A stretch of 64,000 nucleotides of DNA from Candidatus Latescibacterota bacterium (GCA_965206595.1 OZ242214.1:5728001-5792000), one strand, 5' to 3'. Positions 32,901-42,910 are shown, numbered from the stretch's first letter. Notes: generated by a model from the sequence alone, not told the origin. Numbers and translations: made by a program.

Positions 32901-33230
32901 CTCGCGCACCTCCATGGTGGCGATGTCCATGTCGGTGCCGGCCTTGAACTCTACGCGCACCGACGAATTGGAGGAGGAAGAGGTGGCGCTGACGCGGTCG
33001 ATGTTGCCGAGCAGGGCCAGCGATTCTTCCAGGGGCCGGGTGATGTCCCGCTCCACTTCCTCCGGAGACGAGGACGGGTAGGAGACGTTGACGTTCACTC
33101 CCAGCGAGGAAATGCTCGGGAACGACTCCAGCGGCAGCCGCGTGAGGGAAATGACCCCGAGGACGATCATGCTCAGGGTCGCCATCACCATGGTGATCGG
33201 CCGCGCGACGGAGAATTCGGCGAGTTTCAT
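29967..33230 (-). CDS. RND efflux transporter permease (AcrB/AcrD/AcrF family), subunit 2
   Basis: FSVARP, GMLVD, GIVVNNGIVLID, RLRPILMT. Confidence 0.93.
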   Translation of the reverse strand: MKLAEFSVARPITMVMATLSMIVLGVISLTRLPLESFPSISSLGVNVNVSYPSSSPEEVERDITRPLEESLALLGNIDRVSATSSSSNSSVRVEFKAGTDMDIATMEVRERVEAIRGNLPADVRSVRIRRWQSDERPSLYANVAWRGQGDRLFDIYRKVIEPQLLRLDGVANVTVEGIEEKQLIVELDQQRLQDHDVSLPYLAWQVRENNVNVSLGRVMDGDQRYQVRALGEFARADEIGELPLAGTALRLEDVGPVNYDYPEKKRYERLNGADAVTVEVYKSSTANLVDMAGDVRSTLREIELSYGGDLEIEIVRDRSEQVLREVDKLTDSALLGAVLAIGIIFLFLRNIRSTLVISVAIPVSVLCVFTGFFAAREFFGSTVTLNMVTMTGLMLAVGMLVDPAVVTLESIFRRRQEEGAEPAEAALSGAREIGMAVIASSLTTVVVFIPFFFLSSSRMTAWMRDAGLAICLAVAVSTVVSLALIPLASSRLFKDRYDRYDRVLKGMVLLALLVLAAMGFHELTWDGLVDWAGRTGSRVAAGFAGMQWTTAAGLAAAGAVTAAAAWQCRRRGMRSAYIGLLRWTLAHRLATLLASALLMATGIYLFMQLEQRGTPWTPERRVDISVEIDRNYSLEEVEAMFRDIEQRLLARAGELDIESLNTSFGQRRGRITARLVNADEGSLTSIEAGEAIKALLPETVGVTWKMGRQRSWQGNMLGVEVQLKGRDQDVLALLAEDIESALGQLPGVKDVDTSREDGEEEIRVAVDREQALEYGLSPRDVATTISTALGTRRTSTFKAEDREIDLVLQLEEEDRVDLEQLKNSSFEGRDEMRIQLAAVADFQVAEGPKNLVREDREHTMNIFANTETRMQAFSLMDPVRSMMAGFSLPAGYSWDLGRGARWMQQDTQGNTFTLLFALLLIYLIMASLFESLIHPFTIMLAIPFSLIGVSVGLYLLDVPLDNNGILGLLILFGIVVNNGIVLIDHINHYRRQGMARTEAILRGGQNRLRPILMTATTTVLNLMPLVLPMVYGTSEGFARRWGPVGLVVVSGLICSTVLTLVLAPTLYSLLDDLALWFRRVVHAAGDR

Positions 33231-33345
33231 TATCGCTCCTCCGGCCGTGCCGCCTGCGCATGCGGGCGGAGGGGGGGCGGGCGAAGAGAGCAGGGCAGGC
33301 AGGGGCGGAAACACCTGCGCCCGTTGCGGCTGGGCGGCAACAGGT

Positions 33346-36300
33346 TCACGGGGACCGGTCCACCAGCGTGTATACCACCGGGATGACGATCAGGGTCAGC
33401 ACTGTCGACACCAGCAGTCCGCCGATCACGGTGATCGCCATCGGCGCCCGGATTTCCGCCCCCTCACCGAGCCCCAGCGCCATCGGCAGCAGCGCCAGGA
33501 TCGTCGTCGACGTCGTAATCAGGATCGGGCGAAACCGCAGCTCGCCGGCGCGCAGCACCGCCTCCGTTTTTTCCATGCTCTCCCTCCGACGGAGCTGATT
33601 GATGTAGTCGATCAGCACAATGGCATTGTTGACGACGATGCCGGCGAGCATGATCAGGCCGATGAGCACGACGACGCTGATCGCCGTGCCTGTGAGCATG
33701 AGTGCGGCGGCGCTGCCGACCATTCCCAGCGGGATCGTGAACATGATGACGAACGGGTGCAGAAGCGACTCGAACTGCGACGCCATGACGAGATAGACGA
33801 GGAATACCGCCAGCAGCAGGGCGAACTTCATGCTGTCGAACGAGCGCACCATCTCCTCGTTCTGGCCGCCGACGTTGATGCCGAAGCCCTCGGGCAGGCT
33901 CATCCCGGCCCCGGCCGCCTCGATCGCGGCGACGGCGCTGCCGAGGTCGAGACCGCTGAGGTTGGCGGTCACCACGGCCACGCGCTCCTGGTCGATGCGC
34001 CGGATTTCCGCGGGGCCTTCGACGATGACGACGTCGGCCACGGCCTCGAGAGCTACCGGAACGGCGTAGGAAACGGGACTGACCACCATGCCCTTGAGGT
34101 CGGCGAGGCTGCGGCGCTCCGACTCCACCGAGCGCACGCGCACGTCGATCCTGCGGTCCTGCCGCGTCAGCTCGGTCGACACCTCTCCCTGCAGCTTGTT
34201 GCGCAGCAGGTCGCCGATGTCCTGAATCGTCGTGCCCAGCTCGGCGACCCGGTAGCGGTCGAAGACCACCTGGATTTCCGGCTGCCCCCCCTCGACGCTC
34301 GACTTGACGTCGACGAGGCCGGGGATCTGCCGCATCCGCTGCGCCAGGTCGTCGGCGATCAGCTGCAGGGTCTCGAGGTTGAATCCGGATACCTCGACCT
34401 CGACCGGCGTGCGGAAGGAGAAATAGGACGGTCGCGAAAACTTGTGCTCGAGGTCGGGAACTTCCCCGACGAGATCGCGGACCTTCTCCATCACCTTCTC
34501 TTCGGTTTCGCGGCTGCGGTGGCCGGCCTCGAGGCGCACGAACAGCTGCGCCATGTTCTCCTTCTTCTCGTCCGCGTAGCCGCCCGTCTCGCCGGTCGCC
34601 CCTACCATGCTGAAGGCGGTCTCGACCTCGGCGAACTCTTCGATGCGGCCGTCGAGGGCGGCGACCTGGGCCGCGGTCCTCTCCAGCGGGGTTCCGGCTG
34701 GCAGCTCGATATCGACGAGGAACTCCCCCTGGCTCATCTCGGGAATCAGCTCCAATCCGAGGTCGCGGGCGCGGAGCAGCAGCAGGGCCGGCAGGGCCGC
34801 GAAGACCAGGAGCACGGCGGCGCGATGGGCGAGCGCCCCCTGCAGCAGGCGCGGGTAGGCGGCGGAGAGGGCGCCGTAAGACTTGCTGAACAGGCGCTCG
34901 AACGGGTAGATCAGCAGGCCCGCCAGCCGTCCGATGGCCGTGAAGAATCCCCGAAGCAGGCCCAGAAGCAGGGCCGGACCGCGCACGAGGGCGCCCCCTT
35001 CCCCCGCTTCCTCCGGCGCCAGCGGGCGCAGGACGAGGGAGGCAAGCATCGGGATGAGCATGAGGGCCACGAACAGGGATGCGACGAGTGAGTAGGTCAC
35101 CGCGAGCGCCTGATCGCGAAACAGCTGACCCGCCACCCCTTCGACGAACACGAGCGGCACGAACACGCAGACCGTGGTCAGGGTCGCGGCGATGACCGCA
35201 TTGCCCACCTCGCCGGTGCCCTGGCGGGCTGCCTCGACGATGGACAGCCCCAGCTCTTCCCGGTGCCGCCGGATGTTCTCGAGCACGACGATGGAGCTGT
35301 CCACGAGCATCCCCACCCCTAGGGCCAGGCCCCCCAGCGACATGATGTTGAGGCTGACGTCCGACACGAACATCAGAAAGAAGGTCGCCACCACCGAGAT
35401 CGGGATGGAGAGCGAGATGATGGCGGTGCTCTTGAGATGTCTGAGGAACAGGTAAAGGAGGATGACGGCGAGGATGCCGCCGTAAATTGCCGTCTTGAGC
35501 ACCTCGTCGACCGCCTGCCGGATGAAGGTCGCCTGGTCGACGACGACCTCCATTTCTCCGCCGGCCAGGAGGTCCGCGTAGTCGGCGCGCACCTGGTCGA
35601 GCTCCCCGGCCACGGTATCATGCACCCTGACGGTGTTGGCGTCCCCTTCCTTGTAGACGGCGATCTCCACCCCTTCCCTGCCGTTGATGCGGGTGATGAC
35701 GTCGCGTTCGCGATGGCCGCGAAACACGCGCCCGACATCGTTAAGCCTGATCGCCGCCCCCGCCGGCCGGGCGATCACGATCTCGCCGATCTCGTCCCAG
35801 CTCTGAAATTCGTTCAGGGTACGCACCAGGAACTCCGCTTCCCCGTCCTTCAGCAGACCCCCGGTGAGGTTGACGTTCTCCGCGGCCAGCCGCGCCGTGA
35901 CCTGGCCGATGGGAATGCCGAGGTGGGCCAGCCGCGCCGATTCGACCTCGACGTGGATCTCCTCTTCGAGCCCCCCCTCGACGCGCACCGCGGCCACTCC
36001 TTCGAGGCTTTCGAGGTCCAGGCGGATACGCTCCTCGGCGATCCGCCTCAGCTCCATGAGATTGGCGCCGCCGTAGAGGGCGATGCGCATTATCGGGTCG
36101 AGCGAGGGGTCGAAGCGCAGGAGAATCGGTTTGTTGGCGCCGACAGGCCGCTCCCCCATGTCGAGCTTCTCGCGCAGGTCGAGGGAGGCGAAGTCCATGT
36201 CGGTGCCCCAGGCGAACTCGACGATGACGTCGGACAGTCCGGGCCGCGATATCGAGCTGACCCGGATGACGTTGCTCACGACCCCGACGAGTCCCTCGAT

Positions 36301-36498
36301 CGGTTCGGAGATCAGGCGCTCGATTTCGTGGGGCGAGGTCCCGGGGTACTCGGTGCGGATCGTGATCGTCGGGTAGGTGATGTCCGGCAGCAGGTTGACC
36401 GCCAGGCGCGAGAAACCGACCGCACCGAAGGCGACCACCGCCACCATCAGCATGGCGACGGTCACCCTGCGGCGGATGGAGAAGTCTACGAGTTTCAT
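33346..36498 (-). CDS. RND efflux transporter permease (AcrB/AcrD/AcrF family), subunit 1
   Basis: FSIRRRV, GMLVDSSIVVLENI, GIVVNNAIVLID, RFRPIL. Confidence 0.94.
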   Translation of the reverse strand: MKLVDFSIRRRVTVAMLMVAVVAFGAVGFSRLAVNLLPDITYPTITIRTEYPGTSPHEIERLISEPIEGLVGVVSNVIRVSSISRPGLSDVIVEFAWGTDMDFASLDLREKLDMGERPVGANKPILLRFDPSLDPIMRIALYGGANLMELRRIAEERIRLDLESLEGVAAVRVEGGLEEEIHVEVESARLAHLGIPIGQVTARLAAENVNLTGGLLKDGEAEFLVRTLNEFQSWDEIGEIVIARPAGAAIRLNDVGRVFRGHRERDVITRINGREGVEIAVYKEGDANTVRVHDTVAGELDQVRADYADLLAGGEMEVVVDQATFIRQAVDEVLKTAIYGGILAVILLYLFLRHLKSTAIISLSIPISVVATFFLMFVSDVSLNIMSLGGLALGVGMLVDSSIVVLENIRRHREELGLSIVEAARQGTGEVGNAVIAATLTTVCVFVPLVFVEGVAGQLFRDQALAVTYSLVASLFVALMLIPMLASLVLRPLAPEEAGEGGALVRGPALLLGLLRGFFTAIGRLAGLLIYPFERLFSKSYGALSAAYPRLLQGALAHRAAVLLVFAALPALLLLRARDLGLELIPEMSQGEFLVDIELPAGTPLERTAAQVAALDGRIEEFAEVETAFSMVGATGETGGYADEKKENMAQLFVRLEAGHRSRETEEKVMEKVRDLVGEVPDLEHKFSRPSYFSFRTPVEVEVSGFNLETLQLIADDLAQRMRQIPGLVDVKSSVEGGQPEIQVVFDRYRVAELGTTIQDIGDLLRNKLQGEVSTELTRQDRRIDVRVRSVESERRSLADLKGMVVSPVSYAVPVALEAVADVVIVEGPAEIRRIDQERVAVVTANLSGLDLGSAVAAIEAAGAGMSLPEGFGINVGGQNEEMVRSFDSMKFALLLAVFLVYLVMASQFESLLHPFVIMFTIPLGMVGSAAALMLTGTAISVVVLIGLIMLAGIVVNNAIVLIDYINQLRRRESMEKTEAVLRAGELRFRPILITTSTTILALLPMALGLGEGAEIRAPMAITVIGGLLVSTVLTLIVIPVVYTLVDRSP

Positions 36499-37856
36499 CG
36501 CCCCCCTGGGGCGCCGCCGGCGCCCGTGGAGTCGCTCCCCGTTCTCGCGGCCATGCGCGATTTGAAGCGCTTCCAGGACTCGACGGCCTCGGCCTCGCTG
36601 AGACCGCGGCGCTCCTGCACGCGGGCGATGAAGGCGGCCGAATCCGGCATCTCCCCGTCGCCGCCGAAGCGGCCTCCTCCAGAGCGGCGGCCGCCGCCGA
36701 AGCCGGGAGACGGCCGTCCCCCGGGAGGCCCGCCAGCGGATTCCGCGCTCTTCACCGCCGCGGCAGCCATCTGCGCCGCCTCGCTGCCGACGGTGCGCAC
36801 CGCGGAGCCGTCCTTGAGCCCCTGCTGGCCGATGGTGATGACCGCTTCACCCTCCGCGAGCCCGGAGACCACTTCGACGAGATCGCCGCTGACGTACCCC
36901 AGCTCGACGCCGCGGCGCCGGGCGCGTCCCTCTTCGACCACGAAGACGTCCTCCTCGTCGGTCTCAAGCACCAGCGCCTTCTTGGGGATGACCAGGGTTC
37001 CCGCGTGCACGTCGGTGATCAGGCGCACGGTTGCGAACATGCCGGGTTTGAGCCCGGTGCCTTCGGATACCTCGAGGGTGACCTTTACGGTTCCGCTCAG
37101 CGGATCGATGCCGGGGTTGATCATTCTCACTTCGGCGGCGATCCGTTCCCCCTCAATGCCGGAGGCGGTGATCTCGGCGCGCTGGCCGACCTGCACCTGG
37201 CGCACGCGCTTTTCGGGAATGCGGATGCGCGCCAGCAACGGCTCGAGATCGGCCACGGCGAACAGCTCCTCGCTGGCGCGCACGAGATCCCCGACCTCGA
37301 TGTTGCGCAGCATCAACAGGCCCGCGATCGGCGCGCGAATGTCGGCGTAGGCGAGGTTGAGACGCGACTCCTTGAGCGCGACCTCGGCGTTGGCCAGCTG
37401 ATTGCGGGCGGTCTCGTACTCCTCCTCGCTGACCAGCTGTCGTTCGAACAGGGCCTGGCGGCGGCTGTGCGAGGCGCGCGCCTGCCCCAGGGCCGCTTCG
37501 TCCTGTTCCACTCGCAGGCTCAACTCCTCCTTGTCGAGGCGGGCGAGCAGCTCCCCCTCGCCGACGCGGTCCCCCTCTTCGACTAGCAGCTCCTCCACGG
37601 TTCCCTGGGTGCGCGCCACCACCGTCACCCAGCGCTCCGCTTCGAGGCGCGCGTGCGTCTCGATGTAGCTGGAAATGTCGCCGCGGGCTACCGCCGCGGT
37701 CTTAACCGGGATCGCCGCTTTCTCACCGGGGGAGCCGCCCCACTGGCCGCGGTCGCCGCGCGATGGACCCCCCTCCTCGCCGCCGCAGGCGCTCAACAGG
37801 GCGCCGAGTGCCGCCGCCACGACGATTCGCACTGCGTGAACTGAGACCATGTTCAC
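36495..37856 (-). CDS. RND periplasmic adaptor (membrane fusion protein), lipoprotein
   Basis: LSAC lipobox, VEEGDRV, IRAPIAG, LKPGMF. Confidence 0.92.
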   Translation of the reverse strand: MNMVSVHAVRIVVAAALGALLSACGGEEGGPSRGDRGQWGGSPGEKAAIPVKTAAVARGDISSYIETHARLEAERWVTVVARTQGTVEELLVEEGDRVGEGELLARLDKEELSLRVEQDEAALGQARASHSRRQALFERQLVSEEEYETARNQLANAEVALKESRLNLAYADIRAPIAGLLMLRNIEVGDLVRASEELFAVADLEPLLARIRIPEKRVRQVQVGQRAEITASGIEGERIAAEVRMINPGIDPLSGTVKVTLEVSEGTGLKPGMFATVRLITDVHAGTLVIPKKALVLETDEEDVFVVEEGRARRRGVELGYVSGDLVEVVSGLAEGEAVITIGQQGLKDGSAVRTVGSEAAQMAAAAVKSAESAGGPPGGRPSPGFGGGRRSGGGRFGGDGEMPDSAAFIARVQERRGLSEAEAVESWKRFKSRMAARTGSDSTGAGGAPGGR

Positions 37857-38108
37857 TGGTTCACCTTTCCGTTTGGCAGAATGACAACCAAGGTTGGACC
37901 ACTCCAGGGCTGCTCCTGTTTAATCCTTCCCGTATTCCGGGTTCGACAGGGAAATACCGCTCAGGGGGCAGGCGCACGATTCCCGGGGGGGATCGCGCAA
38001 GCGCCGACTGCCGCGCTCACGAGTCGTTGGGGTGTCGTTTTGACCCGGATCCGGGTACAGGGAGAGAGCAGAGGAGGCTGGTTCCGGGAAGCACCCGGGG
38101 GGCGCGAT

Positions 38109-38891
38109 TTATTCGCCCTTGCCGGAAAGCTTGTAGCTGCTCGCCGTGTAGGTGAGGGTCTGCCCCGCCTTCATCTCCTGCACCCTGGTGTTCGAAGACA
38201 GGAATTCAACCGCCGTGGAGAGCGTCTCGATGTCGGCGGGCTGGCCCATCGCTTCGCCGTAGTGGCAGGGAATGACCACGTCCGGGTTGACGAAGCTGGC
38301 GGCGCGCGCCGCCTGGCGGATGTCCATCGTGTACTTGCCGCCGACCGGAAAGATGGCGACCTGCGGTCCGTACATCTGGCCGATCAGCTGCATGTCGCCG
38401 AACAGGCAGGTGTCGGAGGAGTCGTAGATCGAAATGCCGTTGTCGAAAGCGAGCACGAAACCGCTTACGGCGCTGTCAGGCCGGAAGTAGTCGTTGCCCG
38501 TGGGCGGCCCCTTGACCAGGTGCGGAGCCATCGACAGCGAGTGATGCGCCTGCACCATCGTGATCGACACGTCCTTGACCTTTACGGTCCCTCCCGGGTT
38601 CATCGTCAGGGCGCGGCTCTCCATCTCGAGGCCGTGCGCCTCGGCTACCTGGCACATCTCGTAGTTGCCGACGAACTTGGCGTTCGTTCGCCTGCAGATC
38701 TCGAACGAGTCGCCGATGTGGTCCATGTGGCCGTGGGTGGCTATGACGAGGTCGGCCTTGCGCACCTGCGACAGCCTGATGTTCGCCATCGGATTGTCGT
38801 CGAGCCAGGCGTCGAAGTAGATGGTCGTGCCATTGTCCGACTCGAATTTGAACGAGGCGTGACCGAGGAAGGTGATTTTTACGGATGCCAT
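38109..38891 (-). CDS. MBL-fold metal-dependent hydrolase (UPF0173-like)
   Basis: LGHASF, THGHMDH, SDT, IPCHY. Confidence 0.9.
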   Translation of the reverse strand: MASVKITFLGHASFKFESDNGTTIYFDAWLDDNPMANIRLSQVRKADLVIATHGHMDHIGDSFEICRRTNAKFVGNYEMCQVAEAHGLEMESRALTMNPGGTVKVKDVSITMVQAHHSLSMAPHLVKGPPTGNDYFRPDSAVSGFVLAFDNGISIYDSSDTCLFGDMQLIGQMYGPQVAIFPVGGKYTMDIRQAARAASFVNPDVVIPCHYGEAMGQPADIETLSTAVEFLSSNTRVQEMKAGQTLTYTASSYKLSGKGE

Positions 38892-39077
38892 GTGTTCCCT
38901 CCGGGATTAGAGAAGGTGACGGTTCATCCGCAGCCCGGAACTGGCTGTGGAGTTCGGGCCGGCGGTACGACACTTGCGATCCGCGTACGGCAGGTGCAAA
39001 CCGCCGGGATACAAAGGCTTATTAGGCAGCCTGCGGGTCAAGCAGGACGGGACTTCCAGCTCCCTGAGAGCCCGCCC

Positions 39078-41465
39078 CTATTGCGACTCCCGCTGCCTGG
39101 TAGTCGAGGCGGCGAGACCGTCGATCTTGAGCACTTCTCCGGTCTTGCGGTCGACCTGTCCGAACTCGAGGACCCCGGTGGGGCAGGACTCGACGCAGGC
39201 GCTGCAGCGCACGCACTCGGGATCGGCCATCGGCAGACCCTTGTTGGCGAAGTTCATGATGTCGATGCCCTGGTGGCAGACCGAGGTGCAGACGTTGCAG
39301 GAGATGCACTTCTTCTTGTCGGCGAGAATGCGGAAGCGGCTGAAGCGGGCGTAGATGTGCATCAGCGCAGCCAGGGGACATGCGAAGCGGCACCAGACGC
39401 GGCCGCTGAACCAGAAGTAGGCCCCGTACCCCACGATGCCGGCCAGCAGCAGATCGACAGCCCACTTGTAGTTCAGCTGTATGCCGAACGGTTTCCAGCC
39501 GTACAGCAGCCCGGCGTAGAAGGCGGCGAGGCTGCTGCCCAAACCGGTGTCGGGCCAGATCCAGCTGATGACCCGGGTCGCCAGCAGGAGGAAGCAGATC
39601 AGCAGGATCGCCTGGCCCAGCATGTTCGCCCTGTTCCAGGCGGCCCCGTGCGGCATCTTGTGGCGGTGGGTATCGCCGAGGGTTTCGGCCATGGCGCCGC
39701 AGGAGCAGATCCAGCCGCAGTACGCACCCTTCCCCCAGAAAAAGATGATCAGCGGGATGAGGACGAAGGTCTGGACGAGACTGATGCCCAGCCACCACCA
39801 GAGCGGCTGCGAGGTGAACACGTTCCAGATGAACAGGGGCCAGGCGAGAACGAAACCGAAGGCGCGCCAGTACTCGCGGCCGTGGCCGTAGTCGACGGCG
39901 GGAAACAGGGCGTCGGCGAAGCTCTTGCCGAAGCCGCCGTCGAACCAGCCGTTGTACCCGAGCCAGGGGAGCAGGAGGTAGGGCAGCAGGAACAGCGGCA
40001 CCACCTGGACCGCGGCGAGGGTCCAGGTCTGCACCTTGACGTACGGGGTGCGCCGGCGGCGGATACGCCGGATTCCAAATACGACGACGAGGACGCAGTA
40101 AAGCAGGCTGTAGTAGAAGCCGGGTTCCCCGAGGTTGAAGTTGAGGGTGCCAAGGATGGTCGCCGGGTCCGCGGCCATGGCGCCGAGGGCCCCGCCGGCC
40201 TGGCTGAGCAGGGAGGGAACGCTGAAGGGAAACCAGCCGCTCCCCTGGAACCAGCCGGTCAGCGAGCCGCCGGCCTTCCAGTTGTAGACGAAGGCGCACA
40301 GGGCGGTGAACAGCCCCAGGCAGGCCCAGTTGCGGGGCCGCAATTCGCCGCGGATCGCCACCCCCGAGCGGCGGAAGAACTCCAGCGGCGCCTCGCGGCC
40401 GATCATCGAGAAGACCGCGTCGTTGGGGATGCGGACCTCCTGCCTGTCGGCATCCTCGATGGCGACCTCGTTCTCCTCGATCGCCTTGAGGTTCGACGCC
40501 ATCATCATCCGGACCGAGCCGGCGCGGCGGCCCCCTTCGAGGAAGGCGCCGCTGCTCGTCGTCACCCGCTCGGAGGTCGGGGTGTCGACGGCGACGTCGG
40601 CCATCGGGTCGGCCGACAGCATCTCCAGCTTCTCGATGTTTTCCGGCTTTGGCCGGGCGAACTCCGGCTTGCGGTAGGAGAGGGTGACCCGCCCGCCGGC
40701 GAGGGCGACGGCGATCGCGGTTTCGAGGGCGCTGTCGCCGCCGCCGACGACGAGGACGTCGCTGTCGCCGTAATCCTTGGGGTCGTGCAGGCGATTGGAG
40801 ACCTTGTCGAGCTCCTCCCCCGGGACCCCGAGCTTGCGGAAGTTCCCCGAGCGCCCGATGGCGACGATCACCCGGCGCGCGCGCACCGTGTCGCGCCCGG
40901 GAACGATCAGCTCGAATTGCCCTCCGCCGCTGCGCACCTGCTCGACGCGCGCCATCGTCGGGACGATACCGTTCTCCAGGGTCTGGCCCTTGAGCTCGGC
41001 TACCAGCGGCTCCTTGACTTCGGCGGTGAACTGCAGCTCGCCCGCAGGCACCATTTCGGTCGGGTAGGTGAAGATCGGCTTGCCGCGCGGGAAGTTGACG
41101 ACGGTGGAGAACGGCTCGGTCGCCTCGAACAGCTCGAAGCGCAGACCGGCTTCCCGGGCGGCGAGGGCCGCGGCCATGCCGCTGACCCCGGCGCCGACGA
41201 TGGCGACGTCGAGGATGTCGCCGTCCCCCCCGGACTGCCGCTCCTGCTGAAAGCGCTGATCGTCGCGGATGTGCTCGACCGCCCTGGCGCCGCTGTCCGA
41301 GGAGAACTTCAGCAGCGGAATGCCGGTGAGGTCGCCGACGATGTAGAGCCCGGGGACGTTGCTGCGATAGTTCCCGTCGACCTCGGGCAGCTTCTCGACC
41401 ACCCCTGCGGGCCAGCGCGTGTGCAGCCACTTCGCGTAGGATCCAAGAGTTCGCATCTCGATCAC
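39078..41465 (-). CDS. Fusion of TrxB-like FAD/NAD(P)H oxidoreductase with polytopic membrane 4Fe-4S (NapH/RdxA-like) domain
   Basis: IVGAGVSG and VVGGGDSA dinucleotide motifs, multiple TM helices, YCGWIC, WCRFACP, CISCNVCTSVC, CVRCSACVESCP. Confidence 0.85.
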   Translation of the reverse strand: MIEMRTLGSYAKWLHTRWPAGVVEKLPEVDGNYRSNVPGLYIVGDLTGIPLLKFSSDSGARAVEHIRDDQRFQQERQSGGDGDILDVAIVGAGVSGMAAALAAREAGLRFELFEATEPFSTVVNFPRGKPIFTYPTEMVPAGELQFTAEVKEPLVAELKGQTLENGIVPTMARVEQVRSGGGQFELIVPGRDTVRARRVIVAIGRSGNFRKLGVPGEELDKVSNRLHDPKDYGDSDVLVVGGGDSALETAIAVALAGGRVTLSYRKPEFARPKPENIEKLEMLSADPMADVAVDTPTSERVTTSSGAFLEGGRRAGSVRMMMASNLKAIEENEVAIEDADRQEVRIPNDAVFSMIGREAPLEFFRRSGVAIRGELRPRNWACLGLFTALCAFVYNWKAGGSLTGWFQGSGWFPFSVPSLLSQAGGALGAMAADPATILGTLNFNLGEPGFYYSLLYCVLVVVFGIRRIRRRRTPYVKVQTWTLAAVQVVPLFLLPYLLLPWLGYNGWFDGGFGKSFADALFPAVDYGHGREYWRAFGFVLAWPLFIWNVFTSQPLWWWLGISLVQTFVLIPLIIFFWGKGAYCGWICSCGAMAETLGDTHRHKMPHGAAWNRANMLGQAILLICFLLLATRVISWIWPDTGLGSSLAAFYAGLLYGWKPFGIQLNYKWAVDLLLAGIVGYGAYFWFSGRVWCRFACPLAALMHIYARFSRFRILADKKKCISCNVCTSVCHQGIDIMNFANKGLPMADPECVRCSACVESCPTGVLEFGQVDRKTGEVLKIDGLAASTTRQRESQ

Positions 41466-42910
41466 CTCACCAGGGTCATCACCCGGGTCTCGCTGACCCT
41501 TTCGCTCTCGACCAGGAGCCGGCAGAGGTAGCTGCCGCTTGCCACCTTGCCGCCGTCTTCGTCGCGGGCGTCCCAGCGGTAGATGTAGCGCCCCGCGTCC
41601 TGGAAGCCGCTGGCGAGGCTGCGGACCTGCTGGCCGGCGGCGTTGAAGATGGTCAGGTCCACCTCGGCGCCGCGCGGAAGGCCGTACTGAATGTGGGTGC
41701 CCGGGTTGAAGGGGTTGGGGTAGTTCTGGGCCAGGGTGATCGCCCTGGGCAGGGAAACGTCGAGCTCTACGGCGGTGTCGGGCTCCGGCAGCTCTTCGAC
41801 GATCCCCTCACCCTTCCAGACCGGAGCCCCGTTCCAGAAGGTGTCCCAGGCGAACCACATCGAGTTGTACGCCGGGATCTGCTCGAGCCGGGTCCCCTTG
41901 AGCTCGCCGGAGACCGCCTCCCCCAGCATGTTCCAGCGGCTGCCGGTCTCGACGTCGACGAACTCGACCGGCAGGTCGCCCAGCGGCTCGGCGAAGACGA
42001 AGGACAGCGACCTGCCCCCGACCTTCCTGCTGTAGGGAATGGCGGTGCGCGAGGCGCGGTCGAAGACGACGAGCAGGCTGTCGCCGCCGACTTCGTCGTT
42101 GATGACCACCCCGTCCGGGATGTCCTTGAAGGGGTACGACTTGGCCTCGCCGTTGCGGGAGATGCCGAGCACGGTCTCCTTCGCCAGGATGCGGCCGTCG
42201 AGATCCGGGGTGGCAGTGGTCATCGGGAAGAAGATGGCGAGGTGATCCTCGCGGTAGCTGTCGTAGGGGTAGATCTCGTACTGCCCCTCACGCAGGTAGC
42301 GGTCGCGCTGGCGGCTGTCGTAGCGGTCCATGCCGGTTCCCGACAGGGCGACCTCGGTGTCGGGGTACATCTGCTTCCACATCGACCAGGTGGTCTCGAC
42401 GATCGGCAGCAGCTCTAGCTTCTCCCCCAGGTAGCGGCCGCTGATACCGGTGTAGATCATCTGCGGGTACAGGGTCAGGCCGTCGCGGCGGTCGTACATC
42501 ACAAGGTTGCTGTTGATCAGCTGCCCCGAGACGCCGAACTCGATCTGCGCCAAGTCGTCGCCGGTGGCGTCGAAGTCGAGGGCCGTGCCGGTGAGCGGAC
42601 AGAGCGTCACCGAGATGAACTGGCCGCCGATCTCGTCGTTGATGATCTCGTGCCACCACCCGAGGTTCTCCGGGTAGGCCTTGGCGACGCCGTGCCTGAA
42701 GATTCCCATGACGAGGTCGTCCTCGCGCACGTACTTCGCATCCTCGGGCCTGCCGAACTCCGGGTTGGTCAGCGCCGGGATGCCGTCCTTGGCGGGGCCG
42801 CCGCTGAACAGGTGCTCCGTCAGCCCGGTGACGTCGTCCTGCAGGTACTCACCGCCGGAGGCGGGCAGCGCCGCAAGGGCGCAGATGGCCGCCGCCAGGC
42901 TCTTGTTCAT
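41462..42910 (-). CDS. Exported DUF3179-family protein with C-terminal FlgD-Ig/T9SS-like domain
   Basis: Signal peptide, GGPAKDGIPAL, WHEIIND, CPLTGT, FGVSG.L.NSNLVMYDR, WFAW; C-terminal LAQNYPNPFNP...ASGSYL. Confidence 0.85.
   Translation of the reverse strand: MNKSLAAAICALAALPASGGEYLQDDVTGLTEHLFSGGPAKDGIPALTNPEFGRPEDAKYVREDDLVMGIFRHGVAKAYPENLGWWHEIINDEIGGQFISVTLCPLTGTALDFDATGDDLAQIEFGVSGQLINSNLVMYDRRDGLTLYPQMIYTGISGRYLGEKLELLPIVETTWSMWKQMYPDTEVALSGTGMDRYDSRQRDRYLREGQYEIYPYDSYREDHLAIFFPMTTATPDLDGRILAKETVLGISRNGEAKSYPFKDIPDGVVINDEVGGDSLLVVFDRASRTAIPYSRKVGGRSLSFVFAEPLGDLPVEFVDVETGSRWNMLGEAVSGELKGTRLEQIPAYNSMWFAWDTFWNGAPVWKGEGIVEELPEPDTAVELDVSLPRAITLAQNYPNPFNPGTHIQYGLPRGAEVDLTIFNAAGQQVRSLASGFQDAGRYIYRWDARDEDGGKVASGSYLCRLLVESERVSETRVMTLVR

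Noticed and set aside
37881-41531. 1216-aa plus-strand ORF and many similar long antisense ORFs (e.g. 3173-5446, 7018-9057, 47810-49942)
   Set aside because: Shadows of well-supported opposite-strand genes, expected in high-GC DNA; no recognisable motifs.
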